A program made the translations under genes and the position numbers. From Phycisphaerales bacterium (GTDB lineage Bacteria > Planctomycetota > Phycisphaerae > Sedimentisphaerales > UBA12454), in NCBI GenBank assembly GCA_003142595.1, contig PLMU01000003.1:6501-70500 (forward strand): a stretch of 64,000 bases of DNA, read 5' to 3'. The notes beneath the pieces are model-generated. The model did no database searches. It had not been told where the DNA came from and saw nothing but the letters and a program-made list of their open reading frames with translations. Shown here one piece after another: positions 18,809-27,698 of the stretch (position 1 is its first letter; each line of letters opens with the position of its first letter).

Positions 18809-20086
18809 TTATGCGGCACAGAGGGCTTGTTTTGCCTTTAGACGCAGATGTTTTTTTGTTTTTTTAATCGTCCGAATATTGAATATCAAAAGCGTTGAAA
18901 TTATCAATGCCACTCCAAAAAATCCGCTGAAAATATACAGTGTTGCCGAATAACTTTGCGTCTTGTCCTTAACCAATGAAAGAAACATCGGACCGAAAAT
19001 TCCCGCCGCCGACCATGCGGTTAATATATATCCGTGAATAGCGGAAACCTGTTTTGTGCCGAAAAGGTCGCTGATATACGCAGGCACAGAAGCGAATCCG
19101 CCGCCGTAACAGGTCATAATCAAAAAAATAACTGCCTGAAAAAGAACGGGATGCGTAATTCGCGGCAAAGATAAAAATGCAATTAACTGAATTATAAAAA
19201 ATATCGTCCACGCCCTGGGTCTGCCGATGTGGTCTGAAATGCTCGACCAGCCGATTCTGCCCAGCCCATTAAAAATGCCGATTATCGCGACCATTCCCGC
19301 TGCTGCCGCGGCAGATAAACCCGCCAGTTCCTGACCCATCGGCGAAGCGACAGAAATTACCGCTATGCCGCAGGAAATATTTATAAACAACATCAGCCAG
19401 AGAAAATAAAATCTTAATGTTTTGACCGCTTCATTAGCGGTAAGCTGCGAAAGGTCTGACCTGATTCTTTTTGTCCCATTATCCAGCTTGGCCTTAAAGC
19501 CCGCAGGAAGCCAGTCTTTCGGTGGCGGCGCAAGATACTGTGCCGAGCTGAACATAACAAGAAAATATATTGCGCCCAGAACGTAAAACATACCTTCAAC
19601 GCCGACCGACGGAATTGACATCAATTTTTTCATCAGGAAACTGGCGATAAACGCGGCAAAACCGAAACCCATAATCGCCATACCTGTCGCCATACCCCTT
19701 TTATCTGGAAACCATTTTATCAGTGTCGATACAGGTGTGATATATCCGGTTCCCAATCCGATTCCGCCTAATACGCCGTAACATAAATATAAAAGCCACA
19801 GAGAATGGAACCTGATTGCAAGGCCGGAAGCCGCTACGCCTATGCCAAAGAAACAGGCCGCCAGCATTCCCGCTTTTCGGGGGCCTTCTTTTTCGACAAA
19901 ATGGCCGAGGAAAGCAGCGCTTAATCCGAGAAAACAAATCGCGATGGCAAAGGTAAGTGTTACCTGTGAAATTGAACATTTGAAAAGGTTCATTATCGGC
20001 TTGGCCGCAACAGACCAGGCGTAAACAGAACCAATGGAAATATGAATACCGACGGCGCTTAAAGCGATTAGCCACCTGTTTTTCAT
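18809..20086 (-). CDS. MFS transporter, oxalate/formate antiporter (OFA)-like family
   Basis: 12 TM segments. The N-terminus MKNRWLIALSAVGIHISIGSVYAWSV is typical of the OFA family. Start moved to the ATG at 20086 (GGAG upstream). Confidence 0.8.
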   Translation of the reverse strand: MKNRWLIALSAVGIHISIGSVYAWSVAAKPIMNLFKCSISQVTLTFAIAICFLGLSAAFLGHFVEKEGPRKAGMLAACFFGIGVAASGLAIRFHSLWLLYLCYGVLGGIGLGTGYITPVSTLIKWFPDKRGMATGMAIMGFGFAAFIASFLMKKLMSIPSVGVEGMFYVLGAIYFLVMFSSAQYLAPPPKDWLPAGFKAKLDNGTKRIRSDLSQLTANEAVKTLRFYFLWLMLFINISCGIAVISVASPMGQELAGLSAAAAAGMVAIIGIFNGLGRIGWSSISDHIGRPRAWTIFFIIQLIAFLSLPRITHPVLFQAVIFLIMTCYGGGFASVPAYISDLFGTKQVSAIHGYILTAWSAAGIFGPMFLSLVKDKTQSYSATLYIFSGFFGVALIISTLLIFNIRTIKKTKKHLRLKAKQALCAA

Positions 20087-20105
20087 AATATCACTCCGTA
20101 CTGTC

Positions 20106-20134
20106 ATTCCCGCGAAAGCGGGAATCCATTTTTT
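20106..20134. repeat. REP-like GC hairpin ATTCCCGC-GAAA-GCGGGAAT followed by a T-run on the + strand
   Basis: Perfect 8-bp stem with a GAAA loop at 20106-20125 and TTTTTT at 20129-20134. It lies between two minus-strand genes. Confidence 0.6.
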
Positions 20135-20261
20135 CGTCTTTTACCTTTTGGAATTGGGATAACATACCTTATTTGCTTATGGCAGGTCAATAATGATTGT
20201 GAAAAAATAAACGAAAATTGCAGAGTTTTTTTCGCAAACCGGCAGAAAATGGATAAAACCG

Positions 20262-21638
20262 CTACAGTTGGGCGATGTCAACGTTCTTTGCCGCGGCCGT
20301 TTCGTCAAGCCTGCCAACGGGCGTAGTTATCGGCGCAGCTGTTAGTTTTTCCGGCTCCTGTTTTGCCATCTCGGCAAGTTCTATCATTGTTTGAATAAAG
20401 GCATCAAGCGTTTCCTTGCTTTCCGTTTCCGTCGGTTCAATCATTATCGACTCTTTGACAATCGACGGGAAATAAACGGTAGGCGGATGGTAACCCCTAT
20501 CGATAAGGCCTTTTGCGATATCAATGGCGTGTATGCCGGTTTCGATTTGCCTTGATGCACTGAAAACACATTCGTGTTTGCAGACCTGGCCAAATGGAAG
20601 TTCGTAATATTTTTTGAGTTTTTCTTTTACGTAATTTGCGTTTAATACGGCATTTTCAGCTACACGTTTAAGGCCTTCTTTTCCGAGCATAAGGATATAA
20701 ACATACGCACGAAGTATTATCGCGAAGTTGCCGTAAAACGGCGCGATGTAGCCGATGGATTTTGGTCTGTCGTATTCGAGCGCGAAAGTGCCGTCATCTC
20801 TTTTTACGACAAGCGAGACGGGCAGAAAATCGAGCAGTTTTTCAACAACGCCAACCGGCCCAGCGCCCGGTCCGCCTCCGCCGTGAGGGGTAGCGAAGGT
20901 TTTGTGAAGATTGAGATGCACAATATCGAAACCGAAATCGCCGGGGCGAGCCTTGCCGACAATGGCGTTGAGATTCGCGCCGTCATAATAACAAAGGCCG
21001 TCAACGGAATGGATGATTTTGCAAATTTCTTTTATGTCAGGCTCGAAAATTCCCAGCGTGTTGGGACAGGTCAGCATTATGCCCGCGGTTTCGGAATTAA
21101 CTGTCTTTTTTAACGCGTTTAGGTCCACTACGCCCCTGCTGTCGGGAATTAAAACCGTAGTTTTTTTATTTCCCTTGTCGCGATGATACGCGGCCATAAT
21201 CATAATGCCTGTAAGTTCGCCGTGAGCGCCGGCCATTGGCTGCATCGTGAAGCCCGCCATTGCGGTTATTTCGCAAAGCATCTTGTCCATATCATATAAA
21301 ACTTCCAGCGCGCCCTGCGTCAAAATTCCGCCCATTCGCAGCTGCGGCATAAGCGGATGAAGATGCGCAAAGCCCGGATATGCGGCGATTCGCTCAGCGA
21401 CTTTAGGATTGTATTTCATCGTGCAGGAGCCGAGCGGATAAAAATTAGTATCGACGCCGAAATTTCTGCGCGAAAGCTCGGTAAAATGCCTTACAACGTC
21501 AAGCTCGCTAAGCTCTGGCAAAGCGGCGTCTGAACTTCTCAATAATTCTTTCTTTATATGTATCGTACTGGCCACATCATTTGTCGGCGGCAAAACACCA
21601 TGGCGGCCCGGAACACTTTTTTCAAAAATCAGTTTCAT
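20262..21638 (-). CDS. gcvPB: glycine dehydrogenase (decarboxylating) subunit 2, apparently lacking the SAHGTNPA segment
   Basis: HLNLHKTFATPHGGGGPGAGPVGV PLP-lysine motif. ATGA overlap with gcvPA. 458 aa, about 25 aa shorter than the homologs I recall. Confidence 0.85.
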   Translation of the reverse strand: MKLIFEKSVPGRHGVLPPTNDVASTIHIKKELLRSSDAALPELSELDVVRHFTELSRRNFGVDTNFYPLGSCTMKYNPKVAERIAAYPGFAHLHPLMPQLRMGGILTQGALEVLYDMDKMLCEITAMAGFTMQPMAGAHGELTGIMIMAAYHRDKGNKKTTVLIPDSRGVVDLNALKKTVNSETAGIMLTCPNTLGIFEPDIKEICKIIHSVDGLCYYDGANLNAIVGKARPGDFGFDIVHLNLHKTFATPHGGGGPGAGPVGVVEKLLDFLPVSLVVKRDDGTFALEYDRPKSIGYIAPFYGNFAIILRAYVYILMLGKEGLKRVAENAVLNANYVKEKLKKYYELPFGQVCKHECVFSASRQIETGIHAIDIAKGLIDRGYHPPTVYFPSIVKESIMIEPTETESKETLDAFIQTMIELAEMAKQEPEKLTAAPITTPVGRLDETAAAKNVDIAQL

Positions 21639-22966
21639 AACACGGCCTCCAGCGATTCAGCGAGCATACCAATCTGTTGTTTGGTTCTTTTCTCGGTAAC
21701 GGCAACGAGCAGCGAATTTTCCATACCGCTGTAATACCTGCTAAGCGGAAAACCTGCGGCAAAACCTTTTTCAATCAGTTTGCCCGCGACATCTGCGGCG
21801 TTGGCGGGCAATTCGAGCACAAATTCATTAAAAAACCATTTTGCGTTAAATCGCGGTTTTACGCCCTTTATCGCGGTCATTCGCTGCCAGGCGTAACTTG
21901 CCTTGTCGGCACATAACTGGGCCGTTTGCTTTAGCCCTTCTTTGCCGAGCAGCGACATATATACAAGAGCAGTCAATGCACAAAGGGCTTCGTTAGAACA
22001 AATATTCGATGTCGCTTTTTCGCGGCGGATATGCTGCTCGCGCGCCTGAAGAGTCAGAACGAAACCTGTTCTGTCTTTATTATCTTTTGTCCTGCCGACA
22101 ATTCTGCCTGGCATTTTGCGGACATAATCTTTTTTCGTCGCCATAAATCCCAGATACGGCCCGCCAAATGACATTGCTAATCCGAGGCTCTGGCCTTCGC
22201 CGGTAACAATATCTGCGCCCATCGCGCCGGGGGTTTTTAAAATGCCAAGTGAAATCGGATAACAGGAAACGATAAGCAGTGCGCCTTTGGCGTGAGCAGC
22301 CTCTGCGATATCCGTAAAGTCATCGATGCAACCAAAGAAATTCGGGTTCTGAACAATCACCGCGGCAGTGTTATCATCGAGTTTGTTTAAAAGTTCCTTG
22401 CGGTTAATCAGACCCTGGTCATTTTGGGTTTCTTCGAGGTTTATGCTGAGATTTTTTGTATAAGAATTAAGCATTACACGATAAATCGGATTGACGCTGT
22501 CATCGACGAGGATTTTATTTCTGCCGGTGATTCGCAGCGCCATCATCATCGCTTCGTAAAGAGCGGTGCCGCCGTCGTAAAGCGAAGCGTTCGCGGCTTC
22601 CAAACCCGTCAACCTGCAAATAAGCGACTGATATTCGAAAATCGCCTGCAAGGTGCCCTGCGAAATTTCCGGCTGATAAGGCGTATAAGCGGTATAAAAC
22701 TCACTCCTGCTGATAATGGCATAAACGGCAGCGGGAATGAAATGGTCGTAAAAACCGCCGCCCAGAAAACATGTCAGGCCGATATAATTTTTTCCGGCAA
22801 GCTCGGCAAGACGATTGCGGACTTCAAATTCGCTCATTCCCGCAGGCAGATTAAATTCCTTCGACAGAAATTCTTTTGGAATATCGGCGAATAAGCCATC
22901 CATCGACAGACCGATTTCCTTGAGCATCTGGTTTTGCTGCTGCGGCGTATTTGCGATAAAAGGCAT
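21635..22966 (-). CDS. gcvPA: glycine dehydrogenase (decarboxylating) subunit 1
   Basis: 443 aa. SEFYTAYTPYQPEISQGTLQ motif. Operon position is consistent. Confidence 0.9.
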   Translation of the reverse strand: MPFIANTPQQQNQMLKEIGLSMDGLFADIPKEFLSKEFNLPAGMSEFEVRNRLAELAGKNYIGLTCFLGGGFYDHFIPAAVYAIISRSEFYTAYTPYQPEISQGTLQAIFEYQSLICRLTGLEAANASLYDGGTALYEAMMMALRITGRNKILVDDSVNPIYRVMLNSYTKNLSINLEETQNDQGLINRKELLNKLDDNTAAVIVQNPNFFGCIDDFTDIAEAAHAKGALLIVSCYPISLGILKTPGAMGADIVTGEGQSLGLAMSFGGPYLGFMATKKDYVRKMPGRIVGRTKDNKDRTGFVLTLQAREQHIRREKATSNICSNEALCALTALVYMSLLGKEGLKQTAQLCADKASYAWQRMTAIKGVKPRFNAKWFFNEFVLELPANAADVAGKLIEKGFAAGFPLSRYYSGMENSLLVAVTEKRTKQQIGMLAESLEAVL

Positions 22967-22978
22967 TTTTACCTCAGG

Positions 22979-23356
22979 CTAAATAGTTTTAAGATATTGC
23001 TCATATTGAGCGGCGTTCATTAAATTTTTTGTGTCGGGGTTTGCGACTTTCAGTTTACAAATCCAGCCGGCATTAGAGCAATCCTGATTAATCAGCTCAG
23101 GCTTTGAAGAAAGCTGGTTATTAACTTCTGTTACCACACCGGCGATTGGACTGAAAACATCGCTGGCGGCTTTGGAACTTTCCACAACCGCAATAACGTC
23201 GTGAGCCTTGAGCTGTTTTTTGGCGGCGGGAAGCTCAATAAATGTAATTTCGCCGAGTGAATGCTGGGCGTAATCGGTAATGCCGACTGTCGCAGTATCG
23301 CCTTTAATCTGCACCCATTCATGGTCTTTCGTATAAAAAGTATTTTCCGGTGCCAT
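22979..23356 (-). CDS. gcvH: glycine cleavage system H protein
   Basis: Start at the ATG at 23356 after AAGGAG. YTKDHEWV, GITDYAQ and VVESSKAASDV (lipoyl-lysine) motifs. Confidence 0.9.
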   Translation of the reverse strand: MAPENTFYTKDHEWVQIKGDTATVGITDYAQHSLGEITFIELPAAKKQLKAHDVIAVVESSKAASDVFSPIAGVVTEVNNQLSSKPELINQDCSNAGWICKLKVANPDTKNLMNAAQYEQYLKTI

Positions 23357-23380
23357 TGATAACTCCTTTTTAATCTTTAT

Positions 23381-23407
23381 AGCCACTAAGGCACTAAGAC
23401 ACAAAGA
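23381..23407. repeat. triple-octamer intergenic motif CCACTAAG-GCACTAAG-ACACAAAG
   Basis: Lies in the gcvT-gcvH spacer. Same family as 25991-26016, 29871-29897 and 48745-48765. Confidence 0.7.
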
Positions 23408-23430
23408 ATTTAAGATTTAAAATTGCCGAT

Positions 23431-24690
23431 TTAAAACTTTTCGAACCTTTCAACAACTTTCCCCTGTATGTCCGCTGTCAATCTTTCACCAACCGAAACT
23501 TTTTCTTTCCTGCCCTGCTGAATATGCCCTGCATTTCGAGCCAGGTAATAAATGCCGACCGATTTTCCTGTAATGTTATACTGCTTTTTAATCAGAGCAA
23601 GAGCAATCTGTCTATCATTTACGCCCGCACAGCTCAAAACCTGACCTATGCAAATCCCGTCATCGCTTAAAATGCCGTCCAACTGCCTGATTGGCCTTAC
23701 GCCTTTGCTGCCGTCAAATTTCAGCCTTGCAACTTCTGTATCGAAATTTGCCGCTTTTTTCGTAATCGCATCTTTGCCGATAAAGTTTTTCTTCTGCAGT
23801 TTTACCGCCCATGGGTAACCAGCCTGGAAAGGCGAGATATTAAAATCGCCGTCTAGCTCGTGGCCGTATAAAGGCAGGCCCGCTTCGATTCGCAGGCTGT
23901 CTCTTGAACCAAGGCCGCAGGGAATTACTCCGAGAGATTTTCCTTCTTTGAGAATCGTATCCCAAAGCAGCGCAGCTTTTGACGGATGAACGAATAATTC
24001 GTAACTTACTTTTGCGCCGGTATAACCGGTTGAAGTAATAATCACATCGAGGTCTTTAGATTTGGCGAAGACAAATGACAGGGATTTAAGGCCGGTTACA
24101 TCGACGCCGAAAATATTTTTAATACATTGAGCCGAAGCAGGCCCCTGAAGCGCGATATCAACTCTCGCATCCGGCAAAGACGCGTTCTTGAGGTCTTTAA
24201 TATCAACCCCGTTAGAGACAGGCCATTTGCTGGCCGTCAAGCCTAAGGCTTTGTCTCTAACGGGGTCAACCTGCAATTCGCTGCAAAACTCCACGAGAAC
24301 TTTGGCAATCCAGTCTTTTACCTTCTGCTCATTGGAAGCGTTTGCGACCATCATAAAATTTTCCGGCGCGATATAATAAATAATAATATCATCAACTATG
24401 TCGCCTGCGGGGGTGAGGATGTATGAATACTGGGCCTTTCCCGGCTTTAACATTGAAACGTCGTTGGTGGCGAGAACATTCAGGAAATTGGCCGCGTCTT
24501 TGCCGGTAATTTTCAAGACGGCCATATGTGTGCAGTCGAAAAGCCCTGCCGTTTTGCGAACTGCTTCGTGCTCGGCACGAATTGAAGTGAACCACAGCGG
24601 CATCAGCCAGCCTCCAAAAGGGACAATCTGGCTTTTGGCCGCTAAAGCCGCGTGTTTTTCAAACAAAACTGTCTTTTTTGCTTCAGTCAT
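23431..24690 (-). CDS. gcvT: aminomethyltransferase (glycine cleavage T protein), divergent long form
   Basis: FGGWLMP, EHEAVRKTAGLFD, GYTG and PCGLGSRDSLRIEAGLPLYGHEL. It has an insertion of about 35 aa after the first domain. Start taken at the ATG at 24690. Confidence 0.85.
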   Translation of the reverse strand: MTEAKKTVLFEKHAALAAKSQIVPFGGWLMPLWFTSIRAEHEAVRKTAGLFDCTHMAVLKITGKDAANFLNVLATNDVSMLKPGKAQYSYILTPAGDIVDDIIIYYIAPENFMMVANASNEQKVKDWIAKVLVEFCSELQVDPVRDKALGLTASKWPVSNGVDIKDLKNASLPDARVDIALQGPASAQCIKNIFGVDVTGLKSLSFVFAKSKDLDVIITSTGYTGAKVSYELFVHPSKAALLWDTILKEGKSLGVIPCGLGSRDSLRIEAGLPLYGHELDGDFNISPFQAGYPWAVKLQKKNFIGKDAITKKAANFDTEVARLKFDGSKGVRPIRQLDGILSDDGICIGQVLSCAGVNDRQIALALIKKQYNITGKSVGIYYLARNAGHIQQGRKEKVSVGERLTADIQGKVVERFEKF

Positions 24691-24696
24691 TTCCAA

Positions 24697-24724
24697 AATT
24701 TAAGCGAAATAGTATTATTGTCAA
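24697..24724 (-). promoter_or_regulatory. gcv operon promoter TTGACA-N16-TAAATT; the -10 ends 6 nt before the ATG (leaderless geometry)
   Basis: On the minus strand the sequence reads TTGACA ataatactatttcgct TAAATT ttggaa ATG. Confidence 0.5.
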
Positions 24725-24876
24725 ACAGAAATTAGAAAACTTATGCTTTGGCAAGTTATTATGCATTTCAGTATATAATGGAAACAACAACCTATAAAAT
24801 AAACGACCTTGTATTATTACTTTTTGATTTTGCATACCTGAATAAAAAGATACGCAGAGGCACAGAGGTAACAGAC

Positions 24877-25797
24877 TTACTTGCCTTTGGCCGCATCCAT
24901 ATCCTTGAGGAACGACTCGACTTCCCCGAAGAAGAACTCAGGCTCATCCAGTTGGATGAAATGCCTGGCCTTGGGCGCAAAGACAACCTTGTGCCTCGGC
25001 ACTGCTGCAACCTGAAGCCTGTAATTCTCCTGGGCCGCCTTCCTCTGGTTAGGGTCCGTTATGGACGCTGTAGCCCCGATGAGCAGAACGGGCATCTTGA
25101 TCGCCTTGACCTCGTTCCGCAGGTCGGTGGTCATCAATTCATAGGTGGCCTGCCCCACCGCTTTGTGGTCGGACTTCTCGCCAAGCTGGCAAATCTTCTC
25201 AACATCCTTCTGGTCGGTTATCATCATTGCCAGAAACGACCGGAAACCCATAGCGAACTGCTCAGGCGTTTGCGCCTTGTACATCGCACGCATGCCTTCC
25301 GCAAATGGTTTTACCGACTCCGCCGTGGCCTTGGTATCGTTCAGCGCCGCGAAAAACGGCACGCCATCGACGGCGATAATCGGCCCGACCTGATCCGGCG
25401 CCGTCACGCCGAGCCAGAATGCCATGAATCCTCCCAAACTGTGTCCGACGATTATTGGCCGCTCCAGTTTCTTCTGGCCAATGTAATCGACCAGGCCCTT
25501 GCGAACCTGCTCCAGGAACGGCTCCCCGATGGCCGGCTGACCTGCAAAGCCTGCCAATGTCACGACATGGCACTCATAGCGGTCCTTGAAGTGGGCCACC
25601 GTTCCGTCCCAGACATTGCCTCCACATCCCAACCCGGGGATCAGAATCATCGGTCGTCCTGACCCTGTCACCTTCACTGTAAAGGCTGCGGGCTTTGGCC
25701 CGCCATCTTTTTCCTCAGCCTTCAGGAGACCTGCCTGGTAGAGGGCTATCGCGAAAACTAACACCCATATCCGGTACGCTGCTCTTGCATTTGTCAT
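24877..25797 (-). CDS. secreted alpha/beta hydrolase, GC-rich relative to its surroundings
   Basis: Signal peptide. GHSLGG nucleophile elbow, then later Asp and His. Two 60-nt samples count 57-58% GC, against about 30-42% in flanking samples. Confidence 0.8.
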   Translation of the reverse strand: MTNARAAYRIWVLVFAIALYQAGLLKAEEKDGGPKPAAFTVKVTGSGRPMILIPGLGCGGNVWDGTVAHFKDRYECHVVTLAGFAGQPAIGEPFLEQVRKGLVDYIGQKKLERPIIVGHSLGGFMAFWLGVTAPDQVGPIIAVDGVPFFAALNDTKATAESVKPFAEGMRAMYKAQTPEQFAMGFRSFLAMMITDQKDVEKICQLGEKSDHKAVGQATYELMTTDLRNEVKAIKMPVLLIGATASITDPNQRKAAQENYRLQVAAVPRHKVVFAPKARHFIQLDEPEFFFGEVESFLKDMDAAKGK

Positions 25798-25990
25798 GTT
25801 TTGCGTTCCTTAAAACTCGTGCTGCAGACTCTGTTTCGTCATCTTCCTTATCGGTGAACTTTCTTCTATTTCTGGGCTCCATTATCGCCAGTCCTCACCA
25901 GATAGACAAGAATAAATCGGGAACGTTTACCTATTTTTGAATTTTAATCTGTCATTTTTATTTTTGATATTTGATTTTTGATATATTTCT

Positions 25991-26016
25991 CTTCGTGTCT
26001 TTGTGCCTTAGTGGCT
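25991..26016. repeat. triple-octamer motif (reverse complement AGCCACTAAG-GCACAAAG-ACACGAAG)
   Basis: Direct reading. About 50 nt upstream of the tsaC-fusion start. Confidence 0.7.
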
Positions 26017-26067
26017 ACGAATAAACTTCTTCCTTTTTGCCCTGTAATCCTGTATTTTAGTGTATAA

Positions 26068-27225
26068 ATGAAAACAGAGATTTTGAAAATAGAGGACCAT
26101 ATAAAGGATATCGAGGCATTAAAAAAAGCCGCTGATTGCGTCGATTCGGGCGGGCTGGTCGTGTTCCCCACCGAAACGGTCTACGGCATCGCCTGCAAAG
26201 CTGATAAAAAAAGCTTAGAGCGACTCGATGAAGTAAAAAAAAGAGATACGGAAAAAAGATACACCCTGCACATCGGCGATAAAAATAAACTGTCCGATTT
26301 TGTCCCCGCTGGGACGAGTCTGACTCCTCCGGCAAAAAAACTCGTAAAAATCGGCTGGCCGGGACCGCTTACAATTGTTTTTGAAATCAACCAAAAAGAC
26401 TTTGCCATGCTTGTCCCGTTAGAGACAGGCCGCCACGGTCGGCCGACAGGCGTCATTGACGACTCGTCTCTAATGGGACTTTACAAAGACAATACCATCG
26501 GCATCCGCTGTCCGGAAAATGATATAGCACGCCAGTTTCTAAATCTATGCAAAAACGCGATAGTAGCCCCGAGCGCAAATACCGCCGGCAAAGAGCCGGC
26601 GACAAACGCCCAGGACGCGATAGAGCAACTCGACGGAATAGTTGATATGATTATCGATGGAGGAACGTGCAAATATAAAAAGAGCAGTTCGGTAGTGAAA
26701 ATTTCGTCGGCGGGCTGGGAAGTTCTGAGGGAAGGAGTATTTTCCAAAAGGCAGATACAAAAAATGCTCACTGTAAATATTCTTTTTGTCTGCACGGGAA
26801 ATACCTGCAGAAGCCCTATGGCGGCAGGCTTTGCAAAAAAAGCATTGGCCGAAAAACTTGGATGCAATATTGACCAGTTGGGGCAGATGGGGTATAAGGT
26901 AGCTTCCTGCGGCATTTCAGCGACGAATGGCATTGGCGCAACTAATTATGCCATAAAGGTTTGTGATTCGAGGAATGCGGATATATCCAATCACAAAAGT
27001 AGAAATATTACGGCAGAAATGATTAAAGAAGCTGATTATATTTTTACGATGTCAGAAGGACAAAAAAGTGATATAATCCAGCTTTCGCCGGACGGGCGGC
27101 AGAAGTGTATGCTGTTGGATGAAAATAAAAATATAAATGACCCTATCGGCGGCGATTTTGAAACGTATAAGATATGCGGTCAAATAATAGAAAAAGCAGT
27201 TATTAAAAGGATAAGCGAGCTATGA
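26068..27225 (+). CDS. tsaC: fusion: L-threonylcarbamoyladenylate synthase (TsaC/YrdC) domain + low-molecular-weight protein phosphatase (YwlE-like) domain
   Basis: The N-terminal part has GGLVVFPTETVYGIAC and APSANTAGKEP. From about aa 234 it has ILFVCTGNTCRSPMAAG (CX5R P-loop) and DPIGGD (general acid). There is one uninterrupted frame. Confidence 0.85.
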   Translation: MKTEILKIEDHIKDIEALKKAADCVDSGGLVVFPTETVYGIACKADKKSLERLDEVKKRDTEKRYTLHIGDKNKLSDFVPAGTSLTPPAKKLVKIGWPGPLTIVFEINQKDFAMLVPLETGRHGRPTGVIDDSSLMGLYKDNTIGIRCPENDIARQFLNLCKNAIVAPSANTAGKEPATNAQDAIEQLDGIVDMIIDGGTCKYKKSSSVVKISSAGWEVLREGVFSKRQIQKMLTVNILFVCTGNTCRSPMAAGFAKKALAEKLGCNIDQLGQMGYKVASCGISATNGIGATNYAIKVCDSRNADISNHKSRNITAEMIKEADYIFTMSEGQKSDIIQLSPDGRQKCMLLDENKNINDPIGGDFETYKICGQIIEKAVIKRISEL

Positions 27226-27698
27226 AAGTAGCAGTAGCAAATGACCATAGAGGTATTGAAGCCAAGGAACAGATTAAAATCATTGTAACCGAACTGGGCA
27301 ACGAGTGCGTTGATTTCGGAACAAACGGCGAAGGGCCGGTCGATTATCCGGATCTGGCATATTTGGCGGCTACTGCCGTATCGAAGCATGAAGTCGATAT
27401 GGCAATCCTCGTCTGCGGAACCGGAATTGGGATGTGCATAGCGGCAAATAAAGTGCACGGCGTTCGCGCGGCATTGTGCTATGATGAACTTAATGCGCGA
27501 ATCAGCAGGCAGCATAACGATGCAAACGTGCTGTGCCTGAGCGGCGATTTGCTCGGCTCACAAGTCCTGAGAAAAATAGTCGAAGTCTGGCTGTCAACGC
27601 CATTCGCAGGCGGGAGACATCAAAGAAGAGTTAATAAAATCGCGGCTATCGAACAGGGTCTTGACCCTAAAACCATAAAAAACAGCGGTAAACAGTAA
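27222..27698 (+). CDS. rpiB: ribose-5-phosphate isomerase B
   Basis: ATGA overlap with the upstream gene. MKVAVANDHRG, VCGTGIGMCIAANK and the RpiB/LacAB pattern. Confidence 0.9.
   Translation: MKVAVANDHRGIEAKEQIKIIVTELGNECVDFGTNGEGPVDYPDLAYLAATAVSKHEVDMAILVCGTGIGMCIAANKVHGVRAALCYDELNARISRQHNDANVLCLSGDLLGSQVLRKIVEVWLSTPFAGGRHQRRVNKIAAIEQGLDPKTIKNSGKQ

Noticed and set aside
24697-24880. Expected glycine riboswitch upstream of gcvT
   Set aside because: I could not find the conserved GGAGAG / CACCGAAGGGGCAA-type cores by eye, and the region is very AT-rich. A covariance-model scan is still needed.
24748-25662. 304-aa + strand ORF opposite the alpha/beta hydrolase
   Set aside because: It is an Arg/Leu/His-rich shadow ORF caused by the high GC of the hydrolase gene. 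The minus-strand product has a signal peptide and the GHSLGG catalytic motif.
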